DNA of 62,815 bases, counting the filler. It is 12 parts of 12 records of this genome, joined end to end, with 100 filler letters (N's around TTAATTAATTAA, not from the genome) between each part and the next. Parts side by side here need not be neighbours in the genome. Positions count along the whole stretch, not along the records: positions 1 to 4,847 come from SRR9670534_1555; positions 4,948 to 9,491 come from SRR9670534_1558; positions 9,592 to 11,824 come from SRR9670534_1559; positions 11,925 to 14,562 come from SRR9670534_1561; 8 more parts are not named here. One strand, written 5' to 3'. Below are positions 1 through 12,872 of the stretch, in pieces. How positions within the stretch are numbered: the stretch's first letter is position 1; each line of letters opens with the position of its first letter. The notes beneath the pieces are model-generated. The model was given only the letters and a program-made list of their open reading frames with translations. It was not told where the DNA came from and searched no databases. A program made the translations under genes and the position numbers.

Positions 1-200
1 AATTCATTCATTTCAAGAATTTGTCATAACTATGATAGTATGATACTATGGTATAATGTATACATTATCGCATACACTGCAAACGCTGTATGTCATAGTA
101 TTATGCCCAACATATCTGCTACCAAAGCCATTTGTATGATAGGGTAATATTATTAAACTATAGGCATGTACTAACTTGAAGTACATTGTACTACCAGTAG

Positions 201-3200
201 TAATAATAATAATAATTTATTTTCAATCATTGTTACAACGATCACAGAATAAAAATCGATACAGTTCAAATCATCGGTATGGCATTATCTAATTAATCAA
301 AGTAATAACACCCACGCATGGGGAAATAATAGCTATTGAATGAATATCGTTCATGCAATATTTAAGTAAAACAAATTGAATTAATAAAGCAAAAAACAGA
401 CAGCGGAACTTTTATTAATTACTAATAGTATTAACAGAGTTATTAAGTAATTGCTGCCAAATTGCTATTCTTTGACGTCTTCGACATAGGCATATATTCG
501 TAATTATCGTAAATTTCTTTCAATTTTTAAAGGAATTTAGTTCAAAGATCCATCGATATTTTCTCTCTTCCTATATCACATGGTTAAACAGGTAAACAAT
601 GGTCTTCAGCCTACCCCCTGATTGTGTATCAGCTTCTTTCTCTTGTTCTTGGAGTTTTTCTTGCTTTATTTCGTTCAGACTTTTCATCCATTTTTTGACC
701 AGTTCCAGCTTTTCTTCTTTTTCCATTCCAAAAAACATTGCCCAATTCGGAACATCTGTCCGCATTATTATTTCAGAATTTATCAACAGGATAGCGTCTT
801 TTAAAGTATCATTATCTGTTTGGAAGTTGATTTTGAGGGTTTTTTGAGTTTTTAATCTACTTACTATCCAGAGAAAGAAAGGTGTTCTTTTCTGGTTCAA
901 GATACCTCTCAACAGCCAACCAGCTTGAATATTTACTAAAAAGTCACTAATATTTGTTGTTTTCATAAGCATTTTAGCAACAGCATTACTTGCCCTATAG
1001 GGAAGACTCAAAGCATTTTTCATCATTACAGAATACTTCATCTCTAACTTTTTCATTCCTGTTTTGCTCCACCTATAATTTTGGCAAATAAAGTGGCTCA
1101 TAACATAAGAATGAAAAGTTTTCTTACCGCTTTCAGTGTTAGAAATTTCTTGGAATTCGAAATTCTACATAGCCCAGCAGCACTATGCTTTGCAATTTGT
1201 TTCAATTGGAAATCTTCGTTTAACTTTTGTGAAATCCAACTCCCAAGATACTTAAATCCCATTGTATTTCCAATAGATTTATCACCTACTTTTACATGGA
1301 ATTGGTTCTCTTTCACAGACCATACTTTTGGTATCACCAAAACCCTGGTTTTTTCTGCATTAAGCATTAGATGCAGGTTCTCCATTTTCTTCTCCATTTG
1401 AACTAGCTTATCCTCTAATTTCTTTATTGCTCCTTCAATAGTATCATCAGAGCAGAACAATATCATATCATTGGCATATGATTGACATCGAGGTCAATTG
1501 CATTGAAAAAACGGGTTACTTTTGCATTTATCATATTCATCAGCTAAGTCAAGGAGCTCCCTGTGATATATGTTATATAACACAGGCCCCAGCTTCGAAC
1601 CCTGGGGTGCTCCTTAACTGATGTTAAAACTGCTGGATTTGTGTTGACCTACATACACATGTAGTTTTCGCTCTGTCATATACGTGTACAGAATTTTGAT
1701 CAATTGACCATCTATGTTCTTATCATAAAGCAACTGTACTAGTTTCTCTGGACTAAGGCAGTCAAATGCCTTTGAGCTGTCCAGGGAAACCAGGACAGTT
1801 GCTTTTTTGCGATTTTTCGTGGTGAAAATATGGTGCCTTATGTGAAAGACAGCATCCTGGGTTCCTACTTGGGGCCTATATTCATAGTGCGTTGGTTTTA
1901 GCAGAACTTCACTATATTTATTTAATTCAAGCAGTATAATTTCTTCTATTACCAAGCTTAGGCCTGGCAAAATACTGATAGGTCTATAGTTTTTACACTG
2001 CATTCTACTACCAGCCTTGTACAAAGGCTTTACTTGGGCCTCTTTTCAGTTATCAGGAAAGCATTCATCATTGAAAATTTCTTGCACTAATCTTATTAAG
2101 AGGTCTTTATTTTTAAAAAGGAACCTCTTAAGCACCTTTTTTGGTAATTCACCATAAGGTGCCATTTTACTAACATTGATGCGTCTTATTATGGTATTGA
2201 TATCAAGATTCTGTACATTGAACCATCGATAAAATGGAGATGGTTCATTTAAAATATGTTCAATATTTGGATTTAAAACAGTCATACCCCTGCTTTCTTG
2301 CATCTTGTCGACAGCAGATGCATAGTATTTGGCTAGTTCGTTTACAATGGTAGGCCTGGATCGGACAAGTGTTTTGTTAATCTCAATTGCTTCCACATCA
2401 CAGTTTTTCTTCTTGATTTGCCCTGTTATGGCTTCTATCATCGAATAAAAGTCTGCTTGAGAACTTTTATAGGTATCTTCCATGATGGTTACCCTATGAA
2501 GGTTCTTAAAATAAGAAAGTTCATATACTAATTGATTCTTTAAATCGATATTACTTTGGTACATTGCCATAGAGATGCCCTCTTCAATCTTTTTGATTAT
2601 TGGGTTGTTCTTATAGTTCCAATATTTCTTAGCCATCCAAGCTACCAGTCTTTCCCCAATATTTTTATCAAGCAAAGCTGTTTGCTGCAAACACAAAATT
2701 AAATCTATAAATTGTTCAACTGAAATTTGTTGAAGAACATTTTCTATATCTATTTTCAAATTTTGTGCCATATAGGTAGCAATATTAATGAAAGCTCTTA
2801 AATAGGCAGAGTTAAACTCCTGTTCGTCAAGTTCCCCCCAATTCTATACTACCTGCTTTGGCTGTTTGACTTTTGCAATAGTTTTAATTTTAAATCCCTG
2901 TAAATAGTGGTCGCTTTGGGTAATTTTCTTGGAATGTAATGAGAAAACCCTTACCGTGTCCAAACAAGAATATATCCAATCTATTGATTTGCTACCATCC
3001 CTTGTGGTAGTCAATGAACAATTAACAAGACCCATGCTCCCTAGGATACCTTTAACATTCAAAAAATTTGGCCCCCAGCTATCTTGATTAAAGTCCCCAG
3101 TAACTAAATCTAAATAGACATTCTTTTCAGTAATAACATCGTCAATTTCCTGCCAACAGTGAAGAAGTTCATCTTCACTTGTGTCAGGACGTACATAATT

Positions 3201-3600
3201 ACATGTAATAGTCAAATTGTTAATACGTACTACCAGAAGTTGTAGTTCCATGCTGGAATATTGATATAAAATATTGTGTATGCCCAAGCTCTTGTGTGTA
3301 ACTATCATTACTCCTCCCTTGCCATCTTGGCATATAACAGTAGATATATGATGTGATTGGGAGGAGTAATCATTCACCTCTTTCACCCAGCTTACTGTAA
3401 TACAGATTATATCCATAGTTGTCATCCATTCCTGTACTAAATAAAATTTACAGTTAACAGAGCATATGTTACTGTATTTACAGGTGACAAAATTCGACAA
3501 TTTCATACCTGTTATGGGATATTCAAGAAATTCTGCTTGTAGCCTGCTCATTTGGAGGTTGTAAAGAAATTTCATATTAAGCAAAGTCACATTCATCAGC
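201..3600 (-). mobile_element. Decayed APE-type LINE (CR1/L2/Jockey group): endonuclease + RT + 3' end
   Basis: Endonuclease motifs TGDFN, SIDWI and SDH (2844-3641). RT motifs YRPISIL, SLDSSKAFD, GAPQGSKLGP (~1585-1613), YAND in place of YADD (~1467-1478) and FKYLG. Several stops and frameshifts. On the minus strand it ends in AATAAA (216-221) followed by (TTA)5 (201-215). Confidence 0.9.
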
Positions 3601-3729
3601 CTACATAATGTCCTTGCACTTAGGCCTACATGCATTATCATTATATATTATTATTATCTTTTATATTATATTTATTATCTTTTATATTATCATATTATTA
3701 TTATCATTATCTTTTAGCATTATGCAACT

Positions 3730-4847
3730 TATAGGTGTGAAAAATAACATTAAATATAGGGTAGAATACGTAGACGATGCTCAGGAATTCTTATCAATTA
3801 TTTTAAATATAAATGGTATGGAATTTTTGGTGTACGTACTGTATAGACCTCCTAGTGTAAATTTTCAAGAGCATCAGCAACTTTTCGACTCAGTAACCCA
3901 CTCACTAAAATCCACAGGAAATTTTTTAAAATGCTTTCATAATGTTATTATTTGTGGGGATTTTAACATGAAGGAAATTTCCTGGTCGCTCCATAATTTT
4001 CCTGGTACAAAACCCCAAATTTTTAAAAATTTTTTAGATGAAAATTTATTAGAAAATATTCAAACTGAAATTACGAGAGAGGCATCAGTTTTAGATCTGT
4101 GTCTCACAACAAGACCAGATCTTGTTGATAATATTGAGGTCATAGCACAGGAATTGAAATCTGATCACTTAGCATTTATTGCAACCCTAAATTGCCCCAT
4201 TGATGTAAATCAGGTTATGAAAACGGTCCTAAGGTGGGATAAGGCAAACTGGCAACTAATTTATGATTTTTATGAAAATTTATTTAAAAATTTTTATTGG
4301 AATTCAGATGATATAACCACTCAAGAGGATGTTGATAATTTATGGGATAAAATACTAAACCTTGTGCAGGAGGGGATTAAATTGGAGATACCTACAGAAT
4401 ATGTGAAAAAGGGGTCGCCTAAGCGAAAACCTTGCAGTAGGAAGCTAAGATGCTTTAAAAATGAGAAAAATAGGGCTTTACGACTTTGGAAAAAGTGGAA
4501 TACCACTTCTTTATATAAGGCCTTGAAGAAAGCCTCCAAAAAAGTATGTAGACAGCTAAGGTGTGATAATATAGTTAGGGACTTGGGTTTTTTGGATTTA
4601 CTAACATTAAAACCTAAAAAATTTTGGAATTTTGTAAACTCTAAGAGATCTGAACAACAGGTATTACCCAACCTAGAGGGAAAGGATGGGAAAATGTTAA
4701 CGACAGATAGTGAGAAGTCGAACGCCTTCAACACTTTTTTTCAAAGTGTTTTCACTAAGATAGTGAAAAAGGATTTCCCTATGACAAAGGGATGTGAAGG
4801 GAAGGTACTGTTTACTCACTTTACTATGGAGGAATTGCAAACATCTA
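3730..4847 (+). mobile_element. CR1-like LINE ORF2 fragment (endonuclease C-half + linker), cut by the contig end
   Basis: Motifs YRPP, CGDFN, VLDLCLT, SDH, PKKFWNFV and FNTFFQSVFT. Clearly the same family as the element at 9592-11824. The N-terminus of the tracked ORF is only TTA-rich low-complexity sequence. Confidence 0.9.
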
Positions 4848-4947
4848 NNNNNNNNNNNNNNNNNNNNNNNNNNNNNNNNNNNNNNNNNNNNTTAATTAAT
4901 TAANNNNNNNNNNNNNNNNNNNNNNNNNNNNNNNNNNNNNNNNNNNN
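4848..4947. other. Artificial contig-joining spacer (44 N + TTAATTAATTAA + 44 N); first of 11 copies
   Basis: The identical 100-bp spacer, which has stops in all six frames, occurs at 4848-4947, 9492-9591, 11825-11924, 14563-14662, 22404-22503, 26673-26772, 33398-33497, 38905-39004, 41303-41402, 53077-53176 and 56466-56565. It divides the window into 12 contigs. Confidence 0.98.
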
Positions 4948-6509
4948 CTTTTATGTTTTCATTGCAACCAGCCCTGAATTCAGATCACGTTTCACTAGAA
5001 TTCATTTTAGATTTCCAAGGGGTAACAAAGTGACACAGCAAAGAAGTCTAGATAAATCAAGGCAGAATAGAACTGATTCAACTATTTGAATAATACATTC
5101 AATCAATTTAATATGTAGCATTTCTGTTGTCACATTTTAAGCTTGTCATTTTTGTTACATGTCAAAATTTAATTTCATTTTGTTTGCTTCTTCTAATTTT
5201 AAGAACCTTTTTGTCTAGCATGTCAGTATTCTCTTGTTTGGATGTAATTTTAGGGCTGTTACTTTAAAAGGATAACATTATTAATGAGAATTGTTAAAAG
5301 ATAACATTAATTAAATCAGAGCTTTTGTAGACACTGAACTGTTAAAGCTCATGCTAATGGAGAATGACAGATTTTGCGAATTAATTATGTTATCTTCTAA
5401 GACACAATTAAAAATTCAATTCAATTAATAAGCTAATGCTACCAATAAAATTCTAAACATGTCATTATTAATAATAATTATAGTGGTGCCTGCAGGTACA
5501 GACAACTATATGCTGGAAGCATAATGCTGCATTTCTTATGTCAAAATCCTCCAAAATTTGGAATCCAAATAAGCATGAACCATTTAATTGCATAAAAATT
5601 AATTACTCAATTGTTAATGATTAACAAAAACTAGATGAGATATAGCAATATAGCAATTGCAAATGATTTATCATATGACTCTGAGCAACCGATAATACAA
5701 TCACATAATACCATATATGATAATGCAATATAATATATATTATATATAATATGCAATATATTATATATAATACAGTATATAATGATAAGTTATTAGAATA
5801 ATTGTTGAATAGTTAAAAAGTAATTACAAAAGTTATGTTTTATTGTAAGACTGCACCTTTTCTTGGGAATAATTGACTTTTTACAGATTTAAAGCTTTCT
5901 TACTGTTTTTCGTTTTATTGAGGAGGTTTATGCCATAAACTTTATGGTTATACATATTTTCGAAATTTTTTCAGTGCAAGATTTGGAACTTTAAATTTCA
6001 CATTAGCTGTGACAAATTTGCTATGTTTTAATAATAATATCAATGATATTATATCATTAGCAATACTGATGATATGTCTGTATTATTAATAATAATGATT
6101 CATAAAATGAATTTCATATATAAGAGGCTTTGACATATGAGAGACAGAATTAACCTTCAATAATAAATGATTTATTTTTTACTATACCATATAGTAGCTA
6201 TAGTAAGACACTCAGTGTCTTAGGCTAAGTTGAAGAATCACATGTGCTTTTGGAGAAATATTACCCTGATAAGTTTATAATAATTTGTCCTTGTATTTCT
6301 ATGAATCATTCTGAATAAATTGAACAAAACTTATATTAGCATATTCAATGGTAAGTTACACAGTATACTTTAGGAAATCAAACCATGCATGGTAAGCTTG
6401 CACTTAGTGCTTGTCATGTTATTACTAAAACACAGAAATTCATTGCTTGTAGTCTTATATGAAATAAATATAATGAAATGTCACATTATTTGCCAAATGT
6501 GGTACTCTT

Positions 6510-8545
6510 TTAAACACGATAATATTCTTTGAAAATGCATTCATTCATTCTGTTTGCATCACTTTTTGCAACCACTCCACCATTTATTTTCCAGAGATTT
6601 CTGTTCCATCTTATAACCAATTTCTCATCTGAACCAAATTGCCAACTTTGCAAGTTCTTATTGGTCAGCTGAATTTCAGGGATTATATAATTCCACATTT
6701 GGACATTCTTTATAGCTCCAACAAACATTTGGTGCCTATCCCAACAACCCTCCAAACAATCTTGTTCGCCAAAAAGGGCAAAAACCCCACCACCTTATAT
6801 CATCCCAATTTCATGAAAATATGTACCAACTAGTTCTTGATTAAAATAAAGTTTGATGATGTTGGAAATTGAATTATAGGTGAAACAATATGTTGACCAT
6901 TGACCAACATATTTTGGAAGATGTTGCTTTTCAAATTGCTTCTCACTATTGATGAATACCTTTGTTTCATTAAAAAAATTGTCAAGTTCAATCAAAATCT
7001 CATTCATGGTACCTTCTACAGCATATGATATTAAGTGCATATTGTTGGAATCCCTTGTTGCAAAGGGGATGAAATAATCAAAGCACAGGGTAAAGGCAGG
7101 TAAGTTGGGAATTGCTTCAGTGTATTTTGCATAGGTAATTTCTTCTTCCCTGTTATGTACTTCAAACCTGAACTTCATTTCATGAGGAATTACTGGTATT
7201 GCCGTAGTAGTAGTAGCAATGGAAGGCTTTTCTTCATGAAACAGTCTTATGTTAGCCAAAAGGGTAATTATAAGAACAAGGGTAATGAACCCTCCAAGGA
7301 AGAAAAATCCATTACTAAGGCACTCTAAAAATAAAAAATAATATTTTTAACTAATGGCTGTTGACAATAACTTATTGTAAATACTATTTTTAAATAAACA
7401 ACATTATGTTATATTATGTTAATAATTTTATAAACTTAATAACATGAGATAATCAATTGTTTATTGTTGACATGAAAATACATTATTAATGATTTGATAG
7501 CCTGATTATGATTATGGTTATAATTAATATTTTTTTATGATGCCAGTTGTTTTGTTAAAAATTTTATTAAATCAAAGTTACATGTATGAGGTAGATTTCA
7601 TCTGAACTATGAATTTTTTGATGCATGGTTTTGTGATAATAGAAAATTAGATAAAAAATAGCAAAATAAATAAAATACAATTTAAACATATTAGAATAAA
7701 ATTTAATTAAAGACTATTTAAAAATAAAAGAAAACATAAGGTTAACCTATATTTATTAATAAATAAAATTACATTGATTAAATAAATTTAAGTTCATTTT
7801 AGAATAACATAGTTCCAAAATTTTAAAGAAAATTTATTTGGTTTAAAAATATTGTTAAAGTGCTATTTATCTTAAATTTCCTTCATCAAGATTTTATTAA
7901 CTAACCTTTTTAATTACAATGATATTTTTCAGTAATATTAAGAAATTATATTTCCTCAACTTAAACACCAGAATATAGCAATATATTGCAATTACTGCAG
8001 AATCACAGGATAATTATATTAGAAACATTTTAATTATCTATGACTAACTAAAACTTTGAAAACAAAAGCTTATAAAAATTATCTATTATTATTAAAAATG
8101 TTTATTAAGATAATAAATAATTTTATCAGCATTTCTTTTCAAAATTTTACTTTATAAAAATTTCATATTTTAAAATATTTGAAATTACCTTCTTTCTTGG
8201 CTAATACTTTCTTTCCATTTTGATAATTCCTTTTTGCTAGCATAAGAAAAATGCAACCAAGAATTCCAAAAACTGGGTTACACAAAATTGAAATAGCAAT
8301 TGTAATTGAAACAAAACTTGCACTGGGCTTGTATTCTTTATGTTCAAGATTGATTCTATTTTCATTGTCTGCATTGGGTTGTTGAATTAAAACTGAAGAA
8401 GTTCCAGCATCATAACTTGCATTGGCCCCATTTCTTATTACAGAGGGGTATGCCCTTTATGGTAATTTGAGCTTGTAAAAAATTTAGGGCTTTCCTTCTG
8501 GTATGGAGGAGGATGGTCTGTTGGCACTTGCTTCTCCTCATCCAT
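6510..8545 (-). pseudogene. CD225/dispanin-like membrane domain fused to a C-terminal pentraxin domain (two exons; disrupted as assembled)
   Basis: Exon 8545-8189 joins exon 7324-6510 by a phase-1 GT-AG intron. N-terminal PPPY, then ITIAISILCNPVFGILGCIFLMLAKRNYQNGKKVLAKKE|ECLSNGFFFLGGFITLVLIITLL, then pentraxin motifs LPAFTLCF, ISYA, WSTYCFTY, GGGVFALFGEQD and FVGAIKNVQMWN. One frameshift near 8453-8458 and an in-frame TAA at 6795-6797. Confidence 0.75.
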
Positions 8546-9591
8546 GCTGCTTTTTTGTTCAGGAATATTATTAAAAAAATACAAAGATGGAAGGCACAGC
8601 AGTAAGACCTGCAAAGGATCAGATTTATTGATTTATTGCTATTATAATGGCCCTATTATTCAGAGCAGCAATAATGTGTTATATATTATTATAATGCTTT
8701 GCCTTGCAGCCACAAATATTATTATATTGTATTATCACAATAGCAGCACATAGGCTTTAGCTATATGCAGTAATATAATAGGCTAATAATAACATTACAA
8801 TTCTTATTCCTGGCTAAAAACCCTTTCCTTATGGTAAGGGTAGTCAATTGGTTAAAAAACACTTATATGATAAGCATAAACAATTTTTTTGGCAAATTTT
8901 GATCAAAACAGCTTGTTGTTTTTATGAATGTTAATTAATATTAAATTGTTCCAAAAAATAACAAATATCACCCACAGGAATTTCCTGATTAATAATAATA
9001 ATCTGATCATCAGTTACCTTTATTATTATTAATAATAATGATAAAACTTTATAAGTAAACAACAATAGGAAAGAATGACCCAGTTCCTGGGGGTACAACT
9101 TGATATTTCTTAGGGGCTATTTTATATTAGTAAGATTAATAATAAAGACAACAAGCTCTTTTGAGAACTGCTGACAGCAAACCTTTTTGAAGACTGCCGA
9201 CAAAAAGACAACATATGTTTAACTTTAAAGTTGTAAAAATGTTACATTACTACACATAACAACATAACAAAAGAAGGATTATTATAAATAACAACAACAT
9301 GGTATTATTATTAATAACATATGTTTGCTTATCACTATTTATAAATTGTTGTGTTATCAAACGTTTCATGTCTAAATATATAGACATATAGACATATAAT
9401 AATGCTGTTATATTATTATGACGGCCTGTTGGTAGCTGGGCCATCATTATATGTACTATTGTCTGTAGCAGGAGAGGGCGTTGCTTAAATGNNNNNNNNN
9501 NNNNNNNNNNNNNNNNNNNNNNNNNNNNNNNNNNNTTAATTAATTAANNNNNNNNNNNNNNNNNNNNNNNNNNNNNNNNNNNNNNNNNNNN

Positions 9592-11824
9592 ATATCTGGC
9601 ATTTTCTGGCCAATATGGTGTGTGGTGGATGTGAAGTCTGGAAACCATGTGGTAAAGTCAGATCTACCTCGGTACAAACACAAACAGATGGCTGCTAACA
9701 ACCTTGATGAGAATGAAGATGACGTCACATTGGAAGATGCTTCCAAATACAACATCAATGTTGTTTCTAAAGGTGGTAGAAGACAAGCTACTCATTTACA
9801 AAGTCAAAGTAAGAATATTGTTTATAATTTTATAGATAATAATGCTGAAATGACTAAGAACATGCATAAATGAAAGTTCAAGGCATCATTTTGTTTAAAT
9901 TCTTTGTCAAGCCTTAATGTCTTCTGTATAAACGCCTGTAGTATCAACAACAAAGTAGATGATGTTGAAGAAGAGATTTTAAATGCACATGCACACATTT
10001 TTTGTATTACTGAAACCCATCTTGCCCCTGATATGAAATATGTTATTAAGGATTACATTATCACTCGTCATGATAGAAATAGAATTGGGGGGTATTTTAG
10101 TGGGGGTTCACAAATCACTTAACTTTTCTGTTGTGCACATTGATCCAACTTATGAATTTATGTCATTAATAATACATGGTGAACAATCAAAAATCCTGCT
10201 CTATAATGTTTATAGATCTCCTTCCCTAGGATCAAAATATGATAAGCATATTGACATGTTAAATTCAATAGAAAAGTCCCTAAATAACCATGGTAATTAT
10301 TTAGAGGAGTTTGATACAGTACTATTATGTGGGGATTTCAATATGCCTGGGGTGAGCTGGATGCAGATGAGTTTCCCTGGAAAATATCTGTTAGGGTTTA
10401 AGGGTTTTTTAGATTCATGTCTTTTGGAAAATACTCAATTTCAACCAATGCAGTATAATTCTGTATTAGACTTGTGTCTGACCACGAGGCCAGACACAAT
10501 CAATAATATTGAGGTAATTGCATCTAATATTAAGTCTGACCATTTACCTTTTTTGGTAAGTGTGCAATGGCTGGATAACATTGAAAAGAAAGTTACTTGG
10601 TTTAGAAATTGGAATAAAACCGATTGGGAGGGATTAAGAAAATTTTTTGACCAGAAATTTGAGAATTTTTCATGGGATAGGGAATCTATACAGTCAAATA
10701 CTGATATAGATAAGTTATGGGGTGATTTTTCAAAAATTTTAGAGAAGGGTATATCAAGATATGTTCCATTAACCAAACATAGGACTGGATTAAGTATACT
10801 TCCCTATAGGGAATGGAATAATTCTACAAAAATTAAACAACTCAAACATCTTCGAAATCGCAATTTGCGTAGATATCATAAGAATCCAAATAAAAATACC
10901 TTCAAACTTTTAACAGTATCATTGAAGGATGTGCATAGAGAATTTAGGCATCAGAAATTAAGGAAAGACTTCTTTATGCTTGATTGTTTTGCTTCTGAAC
11001 CGAAGCGTTTTTGGTCATATATAAATTCACATAGAGCAGAAGTGAGTATTATTCCAGAACTAAATGATGATGGGTTTAAATGTTCAACAAATCATGAAAA
11101 GGCATGCACCTTTAATGCGTTTTTTCAGAGCATCTTCACCTCTAATGTGAAGACAGAGTTCCCAGAAACTAAGCACTGTTCTGCTTTTAATCATACTGAC
11201 TTCACTATGGAAGAATTGTTTAAGACCCTAAATAAATTTAGTAATGGGACTGCCCCCAGAGAGGACGGATACAAGATTGAGCTTTTTAAAAACTCTGGAC
11301 TAAATTTTAAGATGAAATTTTTGAAATTTATTAATGATTCTTTCGTCCTAGATATGTACCCCTCAAAATGGTCTAGAAGTCAAATAACGCCAGTCTATAA
11401 AAAGGGTTATATATTTACTTTGGGAAATTATCACCCCATGGCCCTCACAGCTGTGGGGTCCAAAATTGCCGAGAGTCTTTTAGTATCTAGGCTGGAGTTG
11501 TTTTGGACTTCGCAGAAGTTCATAAACAGCTCTCAGCATTGATTTCTTAAATCTAAGGGAACTATAATGCAAATGCTCCAATTTACGAAATTGATATACA
11601 ATATATATGTGGTATACACAGACTTCCAGAAAGTGTTTGACACTGTGTCTCGCGATGCTCTGGAGGTCTTGTTGCCACGTGCAGATGTATCAGGTAGTGT
11701 TGCGAAATGGATAAGCGGTTTTTTAAGAAATAGAAGTCAAGTTGTAAAAGTTTGTGATGCAATTTCCCCTCCACTAGATGTCTTTTCAGGGGTCCCCCAG
11801 GGCTCAGTCCTGGGGCCCCTGTTA
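9592..11824 (+). mobile_element. Decayed CR1-like LINE ORF2 (endonuclease + RT N-half)
   Basis: Motifs INACS, CITETHL, YRSP, CGDFN, SDH, TPVYKKG, NYHPMALT, DFQKVFDTV and SGVPQGSVLGPLL. Frameshift near 10090, and TGA at 11540-11542 within the QHGF motif. Confidence 0.92.
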
Positions 11825-11943
11825 NNNNNNNNNNNNNNNNNNNNNNNNNNNNNNNNNNNNNNNNNNNNTTAATTAATTAANNNNNNNNNNNNNNNNNNNN
11901 NNNNNNNNNNNNNNNNNNNNNNNNCTGCTATCCCAACTCGCCC

Positions 11944-12130
11944 GTTCACAGTGTACAGTACAATGTACAGTATTGTACAGTGTGTTAGTGTACAGTACAG
12001 TGTACAGTACTGTACAGAATGTACTGTACAGTGTGTACATAAGTATGTAATATGTATTGTACGATGATGTAAATAGGGCCATAGTACAGTGTATGTATTA
12101 TTGGTATAGGTATGTAGTACATACCTAGTA
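11944..12130. repeat. Low-complexity ACAGT/TGTAC repeat
   Basis: Irregular reiteration of tgtacag, tacagt and gtgtac units. Confidence 0.7.
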
Positions 12131-12141
12131 TGTATTTATTA

Positions 12142-12307
12142 CAGTAAAGTCTGGTTATAACGAATAACGAATCCACTTATAACGAATTCCTCGTTATTTA
12201 TAACGTAGTCCAATCTTGTCATTATAAACACATGTATTTTCACCTGCTTACAACAAATTTTTGCTTATAATGAATTTTATTCGATTTGCTATAACAAGAC
12301 TTTACTG
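12142..12307. mobile_element. pogo/Tigger-like (Tc1/mariner superfamily) MITE
   Basis: Imperfect ~22-bp terminal inverted repeats CAGTAAAGTCTGGTTATAACGAA ... TTGCTATAACAAGACTTTACTG, with TA on both sides (12140-41 and 12308-09) and internal TTATAACGAA-like subrepeats. Confidence 0.85.
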
Positions 12308-12872
12308 TATGTATCTAGGCTTGTAATCTCATTCATCGACATACCGTAATAAGTCACCAAAAACTTTTCAGTGAAAAGTGCCTACTTTATTGAAAACAGT
12401 AATGGGTTGCAGCCTAGCTATTGACATCATCTGAAATAGCTTGATAGGTAGTTTGTTTTTCTTGAGCATAGGCTATGCTCTGCATAGCTTTTCATACATA
12501 CCAAGCTTTTTTGAGATGCTGTCATAGTTTGAGGCATTCAACAGACAGTGCAATGATTTTGAAAAGTCAAAAACAAAGATTTTCATTTACATTTTTGGTG
12601 AACAGTATGTTTTTTATATTAATATTATATACCTATAGGTATATTTTTACCTACTACGTACTATTGTCTAATACAGTACATATTATTATTGTTGTCATAC
12701 ATCTATGAAATTTTAGGCACCTGCATCAGAGAGTTACTCTTCATCAATTAATTAAGCACAAGATCAATGTAGGATCTATTTACATACTACAGCAGGAACT
12801 ATTTATGTTGTACTACAGTACTATTTATGCTGTACTAGCGTACCATACGGTCTGTACGTATTATTTACATAC

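Noticed and set aside
4892-4903. TTAATTAATTAA recurring 11 times like a CRISPR repeat or regulatory element
   Set aside because: It is always embedded in 44 N on each side, so it is an artificial six-frame-stop linker. ORFs containing X runs are artefacts of it.
6795-6797. Stop-codon reassignment or selenocysteine suggested by the in-frame TAA here and the TGA at 13481-13483
   Set aside because: Conserved genes in the window have no internal stops, and TAA, TAG and TGA all serve as terminators. The pentraxin gene also has a frameshift, and no SECIS element was identified. Decay or sequence error is the simpler explanation.
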